Origin: Octopus vulgaris
Lineage: Eukaryota
DNA length: 64,000 bases
Reading direction: 5' to 3'
Assembly: GCA_951406725.2 (NCBI GenBank)
Contig: OX597823.1
Coordinates: forward strand, 58,342,001 to 58,406,000
The notes under the pieces are model-generated. The model did no database searches, was not told the DNA's origin, and saw only the letters and a program-made list of their open reading frames with translations. Position 1 is the first letter of the stretch. The number at the start of each line of letters is the position of its first letter. Of the stretch, positions 1 through 13,339 are shown piece by piece. The translations under genes and the position numbers were made by a program.

Positions 1-840
1 GCCTTCAGTATAAATGGTATATCTTATTTTGTTGAATATCATGGCTAACTCTATTTAGCTGTCTCGTATTTACTAGTAAGATAACGATGAATTTGATAGA
101 TACTGCAGTAAATCTGTTGTTGTGGAGTTTTGGTCTCTTGACGAGTGATATGCTGTCGGAATATTTGTATAGGTGCATCACAAGAGTTTTAAGAGGATGT
201 GTGCATGATGTCATCTATTTATAAGGTTCCGTGTATATTTGGAAGGAAGAGTAAAAACGATGTTGCAGTAAAACATGAAATGAAGAGGCGGAAAAATGAA
301 TCCTTGTGTTACTCTATTGAGAAGTTTCAGACTTTTTTTGGATGCACCTATTTTATCTGCACATTACAGTCATTTTTTCTTTTTATCATTACCCAATATT
401 ACTTCGAGTCTTTTGATAAGTCTCTGGTCAACTTGCTTGTCTTCCTGACAGTCCTGCAGCTTCAAGCATTTAAAGAATTATACTCGTGTCGCAGAATCGT
501 TTGCTCCTATCAGATATGATATGAATGTGTTTTTTGCACTCTTTCTTCCTCAAGCATGACCCATTTCTCAGGATCCTTGAACCGCAAGCAGATGGTGAAA
601 CTTACATTGCGATAAGTAGAGTGCCATGCGTTTTTTCTTAAGGAGATGCTCAGTATTTTGTGTATAAGTAGAAAGCACACGATGAAGTCTAATGCTTCGC
701 TGGAATCGATGTTAATTATAATGGTGCATAGGAGATTTTTGTTGTTGATATTCTCGTTGTTGATGTTGAGTTTGAAGTCGTCATTCATTGTCTTCTTTTG
801 GAAGCTTAGTAAATAGCGCACTAGCTGAATGTAGTTGCCC
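1..840 (-). mobile_element. Heavily decayed non-LTR (LINE) reverse transcriptase fragment
   Basis: Broken minus-strand frames give RT-like motifs in the right order: 'LIGANDSATR..FFKCL' (motif A-like), 'NRVTQGFIFPPLHFMFY' (motif B-like) and 'IDDI' near 210 (YxDD-like). 495-630 has a diverged second copy at 3028-3145. Confidence 0.45.
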
Positions 841-1860
841 GAATCTCGTAATTTAAAGAGGAGAAAAAAATGAATAGCATGTGTAGCCTATTTGTATTGT
901 TATTGTTGTGTAAGCCTCTGGTCACACCTGATCAGGCAGACCTATGACGATAGAAGAGTAGACTTGAATAGTGATAACTACTGAATATAAAATGGAACAA
1001 CGACAACAAAAATTACACACACAAACACACAAAATCTTGTAAATTTGCGTTTAAAAATAAAGCAGACCGTGATATCGGAACATTTGATGCGGTATTTTAC
1101 TAACTCATTTAGTGGGTTGTTGACAGTTTTATTGACTACGCTATAACCAGCAACCTATTCAACGAGCGTAATTTGGTGTAATAATGCAGCTTCACCCTCT
1201 CTCTTTCTCTATTTCTCTCTCTCTCCACCTCCAGCATCGTTCCACCCCTCATCCGCCTCCATCACGTTTGTGTTGATCACATTTCACCTATCACTCACTG
1301 CTTCTAGTCAATATTTCCTGCTTAACCATTTCCTTTGTAGCATTAGACATATAATTGAATCATGGACAACATTATGTTGCATTAATCATTACAAGACATG
1401 GTTATTATTCCACCATAGTTCATTAAGCACTTCGTTGGATTAATTTAGTAATAAAGTCGGAAGCCTCATTACACTGATTTAATTAATGAAGTTCATTCTC
1501 TGCCATATCGTAGTGGTTTCATGCTAAGCTAAAACATTGTGTTTCTCTTGTTCCATGGCGCAACTTACATAAAAGAGGGCATTGGATTTCATAGCGAACC
1601 TAGAATTTACAAAGTAATCTGTTTGGGATAGGTGTTACCTTAAATAACCCCCATTCTAAGTAAGGTCATGGTTATGTTTAATACAGCAGCAAATAATGAA
1701 ATAAGATAAAGGGTGATGAATTCTAATGTGGCGGTGTTGATAGACTGGTAGTGACGAGCAATAATCGACGGGTAGGCAATTATACATAGGGCTTTCAGCG
1801 TGCGCACGAGTGTGTGTAAAAGAGAGAGAGAGACAGAGAAAGAGAGAGGATTGTCGCATG

Positions 1861-2250
1861 TTTACTCTTTTACTTGTTTCAGTCATGTGGCTGTGACCAT
1901 GCTGGAGCATTGCCTTTACTGGACCAAATCGACCCCAGGACTTATTCTTTGTAAACCCAGTACTAATTCTATCGGTCTCTTTTGCCGAACCGCTAAGTTA
2001 CGGGGACGTAAACACACCAGCATCAGTTGTCAGGCGATGTTGGGGGGACAAACACAGACACACAAACATATACATACACATACATATATATATATATATA
2101 TACATATTTTCGTCTACCAAATCCACTCACAAGGCTTTGGCTGACCCGGGGCTATAATAGGAGTCACTTGCCCAAGGTGCCACACAGTGGGACTGAACCC
2201 GGAACCATGTGCTTCGTAAGAAAGCTACTTACCACACAGCCACTCCTACG
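1861..2250 (-). mobile_element. tRNA-derived SINE, family A (~400 bp, internal TA/CA microsatellite)
   Basis: Reverse complement of the copies at 28627, 32514 and 57812; A-box/B-box-like head and (AAAAGAGT)-type tail. Confidence 0.9.
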
Positions 2251-2465
2251 TCCATGTTTTTTCAAAGAAATGGAGTAAGAAGTACGCAAACCAGAAAATA
2301 GAATTTGCATATTAGTACAATTGGATATATGACACTCTGAGTTACAACACCAGCACTTTTACTCACTCATCATCATCATCATCATCATCATATATGTATG
2401 AGAGTATGTAAATGTGTGTATGTATGTATATATGTATGTATGTTTATATACATATATATATATAC

Positions 2466-2630
2466 CTCACGACAGGAGACGCGGATGCGGGCAGCAGCGT
2501 CGAACTCCCTTGTTGATCAAGTGCCACGTATCAGAGGTGGATTCACAAATTAGTGTAGCTCATTCAGCGGTGGTGCCCCAGCATGGCCGCGGCCTTCGGG
2601 CTAAAACATTTTTAAGGATTTAAGGATTTA
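2466..2630 (+). mobile_element. 3' end of a retroelement sharing the family-A SINE tail
   Basis: GCGGTGGTGCCCCAGCATGGCCGC stem-loop followed by short TAAGGATT repeats; sequence upstream is unrelated to SINE A. Confidence 0.55.
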
Positions 2631-2689
2631 TATATATATATATATATATGTTTGAGTATACGAAGTGTATATTTGGTACAGAGCAAATG

Positions 2690-3330
2690 GCTAAGGTTAG
2701 TTGGGTGTAAAGTTGGGGTATTTCTACAGAACCACTCAACCCTAATACTGGGCTATCAACACTGTCGGAATCCAAGCCTACGCCGGAATACTTCAGGTGT
2801 AAAAAATCCAGGCTTCACGACGATTATACAGTCAAATGGGCTTGATGAAGAGTACGTAATCTAATGGAAGGAAGTCAAAGAAAATTGTTTAAAACATCTT
2901 TAATTATAAGTTACACATGTTTCCGTATCATCTCCATCTGTAACACCAGTTTACACGAAAATTCTTGAAGAAATATTACGTAATATATGCGGTTATAGGC
3001 AGTGAAGAGTAATACTCGTGGCACGCAATCGTTTGCTCCTATCAGATATGATATGCATGTATTTTTTGCATTCTTTCCACCTCAAGCATGACCCACTCCT
3101 CAGGCTTCTTGAACCACAAGCTGATGAGTAGAGTGTCATGCGTTTCAGCAGCACTGAACTACAGCCACTTCTGTAGATTTCTTCCTCGAAGAGCATGGAA
3201 GGTGTAGTGAAGAGGGAAACCGCTGCGATTCTCCGATCACCCCTACGTAGTTGCGTCATTGAATAAAGTGACGTTGGTGTATAGGAGATGGCGTCTTAGC
3301 TTCGTCATACAGTTGCATGACAGCCACCAG
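2690..3330 (-). mobile_element. Decayed LINE fragments
   Basis: 3028-3145 is homologous to 495-630; 2730-2870 gives RTE-like 'LYNREAW...ILGLS' remnants. Confidence 0.4.
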
Positions 3331-4331
3331 TTCGGTCTGGTTTGCAGAGTTGAAAATAGAAATATCATGCCACTAGAACATAAAGAACTCGTTGTAAGCA
3401 GGAAATATAAGATTTCTCATTTAACTATATCAACAGTCTTTATTTTACGCTTCTTCCCTCTTCTCAATCAAACGGTTATATTTTTGTTACAGTTGCTTTT
3501 TAACATAAATTGAATCCTGATCGAGCAGACCTAAGATCAAAAACATTCCTATTATGACCATCCCCACATTTTTAATACACATATTATCTCATACTACATT
3601 ATCCGATGTATTCTTCAATATTTTTAAGATGGTAGACTGATTTTAAAGAGCTACCATTACTACTAATTGCTGTTACTGAAAGTTTTGAGCGAGCTCATAA
3701 AACTCCTTGATTAGCTTTTCTCGAATTCATAGTTTTCCAATTCATTGGCTATTTGAAATATGTTTTAATGATTCTGCCATCTCATTGTCTACATATTATC
3801 GATATGTATTTATCAGTTTGTTGGAAGTTGCTCAAAGATACATGACCTTCTAACTTCCAAATAACAGCGTCATAATACAGTCCACTGCTGTAGTTCCTAC
3901 ATTCACTCACTATTATTAACGTACTTAGAGAGGTGGTGCCAAGGTTCTTCACGCAAAATGCAGTGTCAATGCTCTTAACATCTTATTATAAACCTCCGTA
4001 TCACAGAGATAAATGCAAGAGATAAATGCAAGTAAATAACAGCTGTGTGTTATAATTACAAACTAAATAGCTATTTGGAAATTTTAACAAAATTCTTTCG
4101 TCTTGTGGTTCCTGTCAGCGTTCTGAGACACTTAGTACCTCCCACTTGTAATGTCACTGTCATGCTCAAAGTATAAATTTTCTCTTTTTTTCTTTTCCTA
4201 TTTTATTCTGGGTTCCAATAGTTACAGCTAACAAAAGACCAAACTATGCGATGGGCTAATTACAGAAAAGAATATGCTACAATACGCTCAGTCTTCAAAT
4301 ATATAACAAGGCAAAAAAATTAAAGCAAGCG

Positions 4332-4376
<45 letters not shown>

Positions 4377-4378
<2 letters not shown>

Positions 4379-4505
4379 CATGGTCGACTTTGCCTTTCAT
4401 CCTTTCGGGGTCGATAATTTAAATACCAGTGAGACACTGGGGTCGATGTAATTGAGAAGTCCCCTCCCGCCAAATTTCAGGCTCTATGCTATTAGTAGAA
4501 AGGAT
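4377..4505 (+). mobile_element. SINE family B fragment whose tail runs into (TTA)n
   Basis: GGTCGACTTTGCCTTTCATCCTTTCGGGGTCGATAA core shared with many copies in the window. Confidence 0.85.
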
Positions 4506-4510
4506 TATTA

Positions 4511-4605
<95 letters not shown>

Positions 4606-4608
<3 letters not shown>

Positions 4609-5332
4609 TAGTTTTATTTTTATAGCGTGCTTTCACTTCACTACCGAGCGCAGCTCTGTGTGCCTTGGGTATGTGCTGTGATTTGTTGTGATGCTCTGAT
4701 GGTTATTGTATGGAAAGTGTTCTGCGTAGGATGTGTGCAGTGCCTAGTAGTGCAATTTTCTGTATGTTATATGTGTTTGTAAGTCCTGGTGTTTTTGTTA
4801 TGTATTTGTCTGAATATTTTTTTATCATGCCTAATGCACCTACTATGATAGGAATTGTTTCTGTTTTCAGATTCCACATTCTAGTTACCTCTATTTCCAG
4901 GTCTTTGTATTTTGAGAGTTTCTCCATTTCTTTTAGAGACACGTCATCTGCCGGTATTGATACATCAATTAGAAAGCATTTTCTTTCTTCATGATCTCTG
5001 ACAACTATATCTGGTCTGTTGGCCTTAATTTCTCTATCTGTGTGTATCGGCATATCCCAGAGTATGGTTGCTTTCTCGTTTTCTGTGACCTTTTCTGGTG
5101 TGTGCCTATACCATCTTTTTTCTGTTGTTATTCCATAATGTTGGCATAGCTTCCAATGTATGTAGGTTCCAACTCTATCATGTCTGTGAATATATTCGTT
5201 CTTAGCCAGGACTGGGCAGCTAGAGATAATATGATTTATTGTTTCTTGTCCATCTCCACATATTCTGCAGTTACTTGTAATATTTCTTTTCATTACATGT
5301 TTTTGGTAATTTCTGGTGGGGAGGCTTTGGTC
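4606..5332 (-). mobile_element. 5'-truncated restriction-like-endonuclease (RLE) non-LTR retrotransposon, R4/Dong-like, inserted in (TAA)n
   Basis: ORF 4703-5293 has a CCHC knuckle (CRICG..ETINHIISSC), RHD, RPDIV..LIDVSIP and EKLSKY motifs, then a short 3'UTR. Pure (TAA)n lies on both sides. Confidence 0.92.
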
Positions 5333-5400
<68 letters not shown>

Positions 5401-5469
5401 ATTATTATTATTAATATTTTGATCTGCATGTTTATTACAATCACTTGCTGAGACACACCCAGCGTCCTA

Positions 5470-6050
5470 AGGCGAGTGAAGGATAAGAGATGTTATAGTA
5501 CGACTGAAAGCTTGGGGCAGGGAAGTTGCAGGAGCAGTAGCGAAATGTCTTTATGTAATACGACACAGACATTTAAATGGATAGGGTTTTTTCTAAGGAT
5601 GTGGGCAGTTTATGTCAGCACAGACTTTTGGATTTCTCTGAGGTATGGGTCTCCTGAGATCTTATTTAGATGTTTCTGACATCCCGTTTATTTATCATAC
5701 CTAGGGCACAATAACAGGAATAGTTCTCGCTTTAAGATGCCACAACTTTTGCATTTCAATTTCCAAGTCATTATATCTACTTAATTTGTCAAATTCCTTT
5801 ACAGATATATTTTATCAGTAGGAACACTTACATGTTAGTTTACAAACATTTTCTTCCCTGTCTTTAATAATTATATCTGTTCGATTAGCCTCTCAGTGTT
5901 GACTAGAAATCACAAAGGATAGTGACATTTTTACCTTCAATGAACGTCAAATGTGTCGCAGAATTTGCATTTAGAGTCAGAACCGTTTTGAAGAACGTTA
6001 GCCTGGTAGTTTTTGGTAAGCAAGCTTTGATCTTGTGTAGCCAATATGAA
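5470..6050 (-). mobile_element. Older decayed RLE non-LTR copy
   Basis: Minus strand reads VSVPTDKNISVKEFDKLSRYNDLEIEMQKLWHLKARTIPVIV, homologous to the 4703-5293 C-terminus, with stops and frameshifts. Confidence 0.8.
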
Positions 6051-6092
6051 AACTTCAATCTCTGCTTTCAGTCCTGAAGTTATTATTATTAC

Positions 6093-6165
<73 letters not shown>

Positions 6166-6720
6166 GAGTGAGAGAGCAGTGCATGCCATCAAAGTGACAC
6201 TGGGGTAAGATATACGAAGCCCAATATACCCATCATGACTACCCGTCTGATAAGGGTACACCAGGCACATGCATCACAACCATATGAGCGCGACATGGTG
6301 ATCTCATATCAAGATAAACAGCACATGACCTTGCAGGTGGGCCCAGTTAGAATTTTCTTCAGGTTGAGTAGCCCATCCCGCTCAAAAGTCCCTGAATAAG
6401 GGTTGTTTAAGGATGTTGAAAGAACCACCCATGTTTCCAGAGGTGAACTATTCAAACACCAAAGAATCCCTCTCAACACATGGCTATGATGCTCCCCCAC
6501 TACTTCTGCTCGTGATCAGAGATGCACATATCGTCAGCCACTAAGGGACATGCTCAACTGGTTAAGGTCAAACAACAGACAAGCAAATCTGTGGTATTGA
6601 GCAGAATATTTGCTGTAGCCCATCTTTTATACCAAGACAAAACAATGTACATGATAACACTTCCAATCAGTTAAGATCAGAAGCCATGAGAGCCACTGCC
6701 TGGTACTGCATCAGGGCATT
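6166..6720 (-). mobile_element. ~555-bp non-coding interspersed element embedded in (TAA)n, copy 1
   Basis: Closely similar copy at 9023-9496; both flanked by (TTA)n on both sides; no long ORF. Orientation inferred from truncation pattern. Confidence 0.85.
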
Positions 6721-6756
6721 TATTATTATTATTATTATTATCATCATTATTATTAC

Positions 6757-6811
<55 letters not shown>

Positions 6812-7568
6812 GTTATTATTATTATTATTATTATTTCATGTATATGTATATATATATATATGCTTATATTTTTAGTCCTGTATTATGTATGAGTATGTAT
6901 TTATGTCTTAGTTAAATCAGTTTAGTTAAAAACAGTTTGATTCGACCACATGCAATTTAGTTTCGTAGGCTCAGTACATGAACCTAGCTCGTCAATCATG
7001 GCTACTGACAATTGGGTTGTTATTAGCCAAGGCGAGTCACATGGTGTTGCTAGAAATGGAACAGAAATTTCAACGATATCAAATCTGTCAAAAAAAAAAA
7101 CAAAAAAAAAAAGAATCCATAATTTCTTCAGCTGCTGGTGGTATCTCACTGTCTGGGTGGTTTTCGAAAGAACTTGAGCAACATCAAATCGATAGCCGGC
7201 AAGAGTGTGTGTGTCTAACTCATACCAGTTGTGCCTCTTATTTTCGTTTGTCCATCCACTCACTAGTGTGTGTATGTGTGTGTGCGTGTGTGTATTTCTT
7301 TTTTAACATGTATAACTTATGATAAATGTTTAAGTGGAATTAACAGTCTTCGAGTGTTTTTAAATGGTGAATATATATTTTCAACGCTGCAGTTGTTTTA
7401 GCTTCAATACGCGCTTTCAAACCAAATTACTTTTGACAAGTACACTTCCAAAATATTTATTTACCATTGTTTTCCCTACTTATTCCCATGCTGTGTTAAT
7501 TGTGAACCTATCTAAAACAAATGCGCTTGGCAGCCACACCCCGTTCTTCGTCCGTATGGTTTATATTT

Positions 7569-7733
7569 ATAGGTGCAGGCGTGGCTGTGTAGTAAGAAGC
7601 TTGCTTCCCACACACATGGGTCAGGGTTCAGTCCCACTACGAGCACCTTGGACATGTGTCTTCTACTTTAACCACAGGCCGACTAAAGCCTTTTGAGTGA
7701 ATTTGGTAGACTGAAACTGAAAAGAAACCTGTC

Positions 7734-7769
<36 letters not shown>

Positions 7770-7980
7770 ATATATTTGTGTCTGTGTTTGTACCCAAACC
7801 ATCACATGACAACTGATGTTGGTATGTTTACGTCTCCCTAATTTAACAGTTCAGCAAAAACGACAAAATAAGTACCAGGTTTATAAAGAACATATCCTGG
7901 GGGTCGATGTCTTCGACTAAAAGGCGGTGCTCCAGCATGGCAGTCAAATGACTGAAACAAGTAAAACAATAAAAGAATAA
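7569..7980 (+). mobile_element. SINE family A (diverged)
   Basis: Head GGCGTGGCTGTGTAGTAAG, tail GGCGGTGCTCCAGCATGG...GAAACAAGTAAAA. Confidence 0.85.
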
Positions 7981-8509
7981 AAAAATACGTGGTTTGTTTG
8001 TTACTTGGATTTTATTGCCTACACCTGTACACACCTGTGGAAATTAAAACCTCTGAAACTTGAAAGGATATAAATTTATTATAATTTGTTATTTCCTTTG
8101 ATTCATTTTTTCTTTTCCTTTTCTTTTCATTTTTCCAACTTGAATTTAGAAATTATTGATTTTATTCTGCATGCAATCATTCCTTCGCCGCCTATCCGTC
8201 CTTCATTATTTAAGATATTCTTGAAGATTGCTTTCACAAATATTGCTCAAATAGAGAATCGAGAAAATCACCATCACCAACACCACCGCCGAAACATAAA
8301 CAAGAACAACAACAACAGAACCAAAACCGGTAGAGTTTGGATTTTAAAAAAAAACACATTTTAAGTTATATACCTCAGAATTTCTTTATTTCATTTCGTA
8401 TGTTGTGTGCGTTTTTATACATTCGATATATAGTTTAATACATCATTTCAGAAAGAAAATATATCATGCTCATATTAGTATTCATCCATACATACACACA
8501 CACACACAC

Positions 8510-8553
<44 letters not shown>

Positions 8554-8822
8554 CACGTGATCCCGTGACCATCCAGACCATCAGCTGTTGCTACACATCG
8601 CTGGTCACAATGCGTTCGCATTGTTTTAGCTTTCGGCCAACAGAAGAGTGAGAGAAAGAGTGTTAAAAGAGTACAACAGGGATCACCACCCCCTGTCGGA
8701 GCCTCGTGGAGCTTTTAGGTGTTTTCGCTCAATAAACACACACAACGCCCGGTCTGGGAATCGAAACCGCGATCCTACGACCGCGAGTCCGCTGTCGTAA
8801 CCACTGGGTCATTGCGCCTCCA
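8554..8822 (-). mobile_element. tRNA-derived SINE, family C
   Basis: Minus strand GGCGCAATGACCCAGTGGTTA...GGTTTCGATTCCC (A and B boxes) followed by a non-tRNA body. Confidence 0.75.
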
Positions 8823-8847
8823 TATATATATATATATATACATTGCG

Positions 8848-8911
<64 letters not shown>

Positions 8912-8966
8912 TCATATGTATATATATTTATATATATATAGTATGTATGTATGCTACTATTATTAT

Positions 8967-9022
<56 letters not shown>

Positions 9023-9496
9023 GAGTGAGTGAGAGCAGGGTAGGCCATCAAAGTGACAATGAGGTAAAATATACGAAGCCCAGTATATCATGACTACCCG
9101 TCTGATAAGGGTACACCAGGTACATGCATCACAACCATATGTACGCGACATAGTGATCGTATATCAAGATAAACAGCACATGACCTTGCAGGTGGGGCCC
9201 AGTTAGAATTTTCTTCTGGTCGAGTAGCCCATCCCACTCAAAAGGTCCCTGAATAAGGATTGTTTAAGGATGTTGAACGAAAAACCCATGTTTCCAAAGG
9301 CGAATAATCCAAACTTCCAAGAATTCCTTTCAACACCTAGCTATGATGCTCCCCCACTACTTCTGCTCATGATCAGAGATGCACATATCGTCAGTGACCA
9401 AGGGACACGCTCAACTGGTTATGGTCAAACAAATGACAAGCAAATCTGAGGTATTGAGCAGAATATTTGCTGTAGCCCATCTTTTATACCAAGACA
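9023..9496 (-). mobile_element. (TAA)n-embedded element, copy 2 (truncated at one end)
   Basis: Matches 6166-~6638; shares the GAGTGAG end and lacks ~80 bp at the other end. Confidence 0.85.
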
Positions 9497-9511
9497 TTAT
9501 TATTATTATTA

Positions 9512-9575
<64 letters not shown>

Positions 9576-9747
9576 AAGCAGCTTTATCATCTCCATCGTC
9601 GTTGTCTATCTCGTGGTCGTTATCATCATCATCATCATCATCATCAACATCATCATCATCCCCCATCACCATGTTTAACGGTGTTTTGCTTACGTGATGT
9701 TTAATATACAAAAATAAGTGACAATAATAATAATAATAATAATAATG

Positions 9748-9828
<81 letters not shown>

Positions 9829-9869
9829 GTGATAATAATAATAATAATAACAACAACAACAACAACAAC

Positions 9870-9950
<81 letters not shown>
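9497..9950. repeat. (TTA)n, (ATC)n and long (TAA)n/(CAA)n microsatellites
   Basis: Direct reading. Confidence 0.95.
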
Positions 9951-10229
9951 CCCAGTTCATCTTTTTTCTCTTGGAGATGCAGAAGTGTTTGCAGACACTT
10001 CTGCATCTACAACAGAAAAAGATGAATTGTTTTTATTGTTTTTGTCTGTTTGTTTTTAATATTTATTTGTATACCTATTATTGGATTTAATATTTTTTTT
10101 TTATATTTATTATTAGACATGAATATGTCTAATTCCCATGGTTGAAGCAGAATACTGATAACGTTCAGATTAAGTAGACGCACAGACAAGCAGTAGTTGC
10201 TGCTAGCTACATGTTTCATTGTTAGTGTC

Positions 10230-11370
10230 AATGTCATCATCACCAACATCGTCCATATATTCACCATCATCATCATCATCATCGTTGTAGTCATCGTCGT
10301 TATCGTCGTTATCGTCGTCATCATTGTCGCCGTCGTCATCGTTGTCGTCGTCGTCGTCATCGTTGTCGTCGTCGTCGTCATCATCATCATCGTCATCAAT
10401 AACATCACTACCAACATCACCATAGCCATCATCGTCGTCCTCGTCGTAATTTCATCGTCGTTATCGTCGTCATCATCATCATCATAATCAAGGTCGTCGT
10501 CGTCGTCGTTGTTCACATCGTCAATATCATCATTATAATCATCATCATCATCGCCATCATCGTCGTTATCGTCGTCATCATTATCATAATCAACGTCGTC
10601 GTCGTTGTAATCGTCATTATCATCTTCATCATCATCATCATCATCACCATCGTCGTCGTCGTCATCATCATCGTCATCAATAACATCACCATCATCATCG
10701 CCATCGTCGTCGTCGTAGCTTTATCGTCGTTATCGTCGTCATCATCATCATCATAATCAACGTCGTCGTCGTTGTAATCGTCATTATCATCTTCATCATC
10801 ATCATCATCATCGCCATCGTCGTCGTCGTCATCATCATCGTCATCAATAACATCACCATCATCATCACCATCACCATCATCGTCGTCGTCATAGCTTCAT
10901 CGTCGTTATTGTCGTCATCATCATCATCATAATCAACGTCGTCGTCGTTGTCGTCGTCATTATCTTCCATTATCATCATAATCCTCATCGCCATCGTCGT
11001 CGTCGTCATCATCATCGTCATCAATAACATCACCATCATCATCATCATCATCATCATCGTCGTCGTCGTCATAGCTTCATCGTCGTTATCGTCGTCATCA
11101 TCATCATCATAATCAACGTCGTCGTCGTTGTCGTCGTCATTATCTTCCATTATCATGATAATCCTCATCGCCATCGTCGTCGTCGTCGTCATCATCGTCA
11201 TCAATAACATCACCATCATCATCTCCATCGCCATCATCGTCGTCGTCGTCGTCGTAGCTTCATCGTCGTTATCATCATCATCATCATAATCAGCATCGTC
11301 ATCGTCGTTGTGGTTGTCATTATCATCATCGTCATCATCATCACCATCGTCATCATCATCACCATCAGTA
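10230..11370. repeat. Compound ATC/GTC trinucleotide satellite with higher-order units
   Basis: Marker CAATAACATCAC recurs at about 10397, 10678, 10845, 11023 and 11203. Confidence 0.85.
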
Positions 11371-11698
11371 GCTTCAGCTGCAAAAGGGAGTAAAGCTGCG
11401 TCATCGTTATAATCAGCACTGTGGGTTTTCCTCATTATGAAAACCACAACAACATCAGTGTCATTATCTTCATCACATCACTGACGTTATCCTCGTCGTC
11501 GGCATCAACACCCACACCATTTATTATCACCACCGCCAACATCATCACTATCGCCATCATCCTCATCGTTATCATCAGGAGGAATATCTACAAGATGGCT
11601 TCATCAGACGTAACTAAAAGGATATAAAACCATACACACATACAGACACACACATACATACATTTGTCTGTGCATGCATACATATGAGTGTGTGTGTG

Positions 11699-11758
<60 letters not shown>

Positions 11759-11767
11759 GTGTGTGAA

Positions 11768-12020
11768 TGCGAGTAGCGTAGTGATTAGGGTATTCGACTG
11801 ACTATCATTTGGTCATGAGTTCAATTCTTAGTTGTGTCCTTGAGCATGAAACTTTATTTCACGTTGTTCCAGTCGTCTCAACTGGCCAAAATGAGCATTC
11901 TGCGTGACACTGAAGCTCCTTGAGAACTACGTTAAGGGGTACGCGTGTTTATGGAGTGCTCAGCCCTTGCACGTTAACTTCATGAGAGTCCGTTCCTTTG
12001 CTCGGATTAACAGGAACAGC
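11768..12020 (+). mobile_element. tRNA-derived SINE, family D (diverged)
   Basis: GTGTCCTTGAGCA...TTTCACGTTG.TCCA core shared with 24993-25230 and, reverse-complemented, with 16175-16480 and 26130-26300. Confidence 0.7.
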
Positions 12021-12056
12021 TGTACACACACACGCACACACATATGTATATATATT

Positions 12057-12117
<61 letters not shown>

Positions 12118-12849
12118 GGAGAAGGAAAGATAGGAAAAGAGAGAGAGAGAGAGAGATCTCACATACACGTATGCATATATAGCTGGTTAGGACACATTAT
12201 CACTTTTTTTTGGTCATATCTATTTGTTTCTGAATAGGTTTGTGGTTTGTGGTTAAAGTATATCAATGATGACTAGTTTAATTTTCAGTATTCGTATTTA
12301 TTTTTGTTTTGTTTATTCGTCATAGGTTTTCTTTATTTTTGATTGAATTGTTGATTGGCTTGGGTAATTATTGATCTAGTAGTTTATTTGATTTGATCTA
12401 CATTTGTCTTACAATATACTGGCGTAGTATATAGTTGAGTTTGTAATTACTCTCCAGGTGCAAACTATATTAGATTTGTATATTTTCAAGCAGCATTAAG
12501 TTGTATATTTCTAAGGCTGTCTGACGCCGCTAGAAATAGCGATCCTATTTATAAGTGTTAAAATCACGTTAGCAAACGTTAGGCAGCTGATGAGGGTATT
12601 CATGGCTTTGTTAGTCTTTTTCATATTTCATTATGTTTCTAAGGTTATCTAACATTGAATATTATATATTTGTAGATATTGTTGTTTATATGTTCAATAT
12701 TTTCAATACTGGATTCTAATAGCTGATTGTATGTTTATCTGTAGACATTTTAGTTTTACAAGTTCTTCGGTTAAACAATTCATTCTGAAACTGCAATAAC
12801 GTTTAGATTGTACAGGATTGGATTATTTAATATGACAGGATAATTTATA

Positions 12850-13017
<168 letters not shown>

Positions 13018-13339
13018 TGCATATGTACATATATGTGAATGTGTATTGATGTATTTGTGATTGTACACATACACACGCACACACATACATATATGCATAT
13101 ATATATGATATATATGTATATACATATATATTTATATATACGCACACACATGCATATATATATACATATATCGCGGTTTCCAAATAAAGAAATGTTTCAT
13201 TTTAATGTTGCTGGAATGTGCATATTCGGCATAAGCTATAAAAGAACAAGATTAAGCATTGCAACAAAAAAATGTAAAATATAAAAAAAAGAAAAGTAAA
13301 AGAAAAAAGAAAGCACAGAAATCTTCTATAATAACGATG

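Noticed and set aside
8745-8822. tRNA genes at SINE heads (also 24993, 53440 and 55590)
   Set aside because: A/B boxes present but cloverleaf incomplete and followed by SINE bodies.
10007-11447. Asp-rich biomineral-like protein
   Set aside because: Frames switch between D-rich and M/T-rich, as expected for a non-coding ATC/GTC satellite.
12515-12590. Hammerhead-like CTGACGC...AAACGTTA with flanking complementarity
   Set aside because: A9 and G12 missing and stem I out of register.
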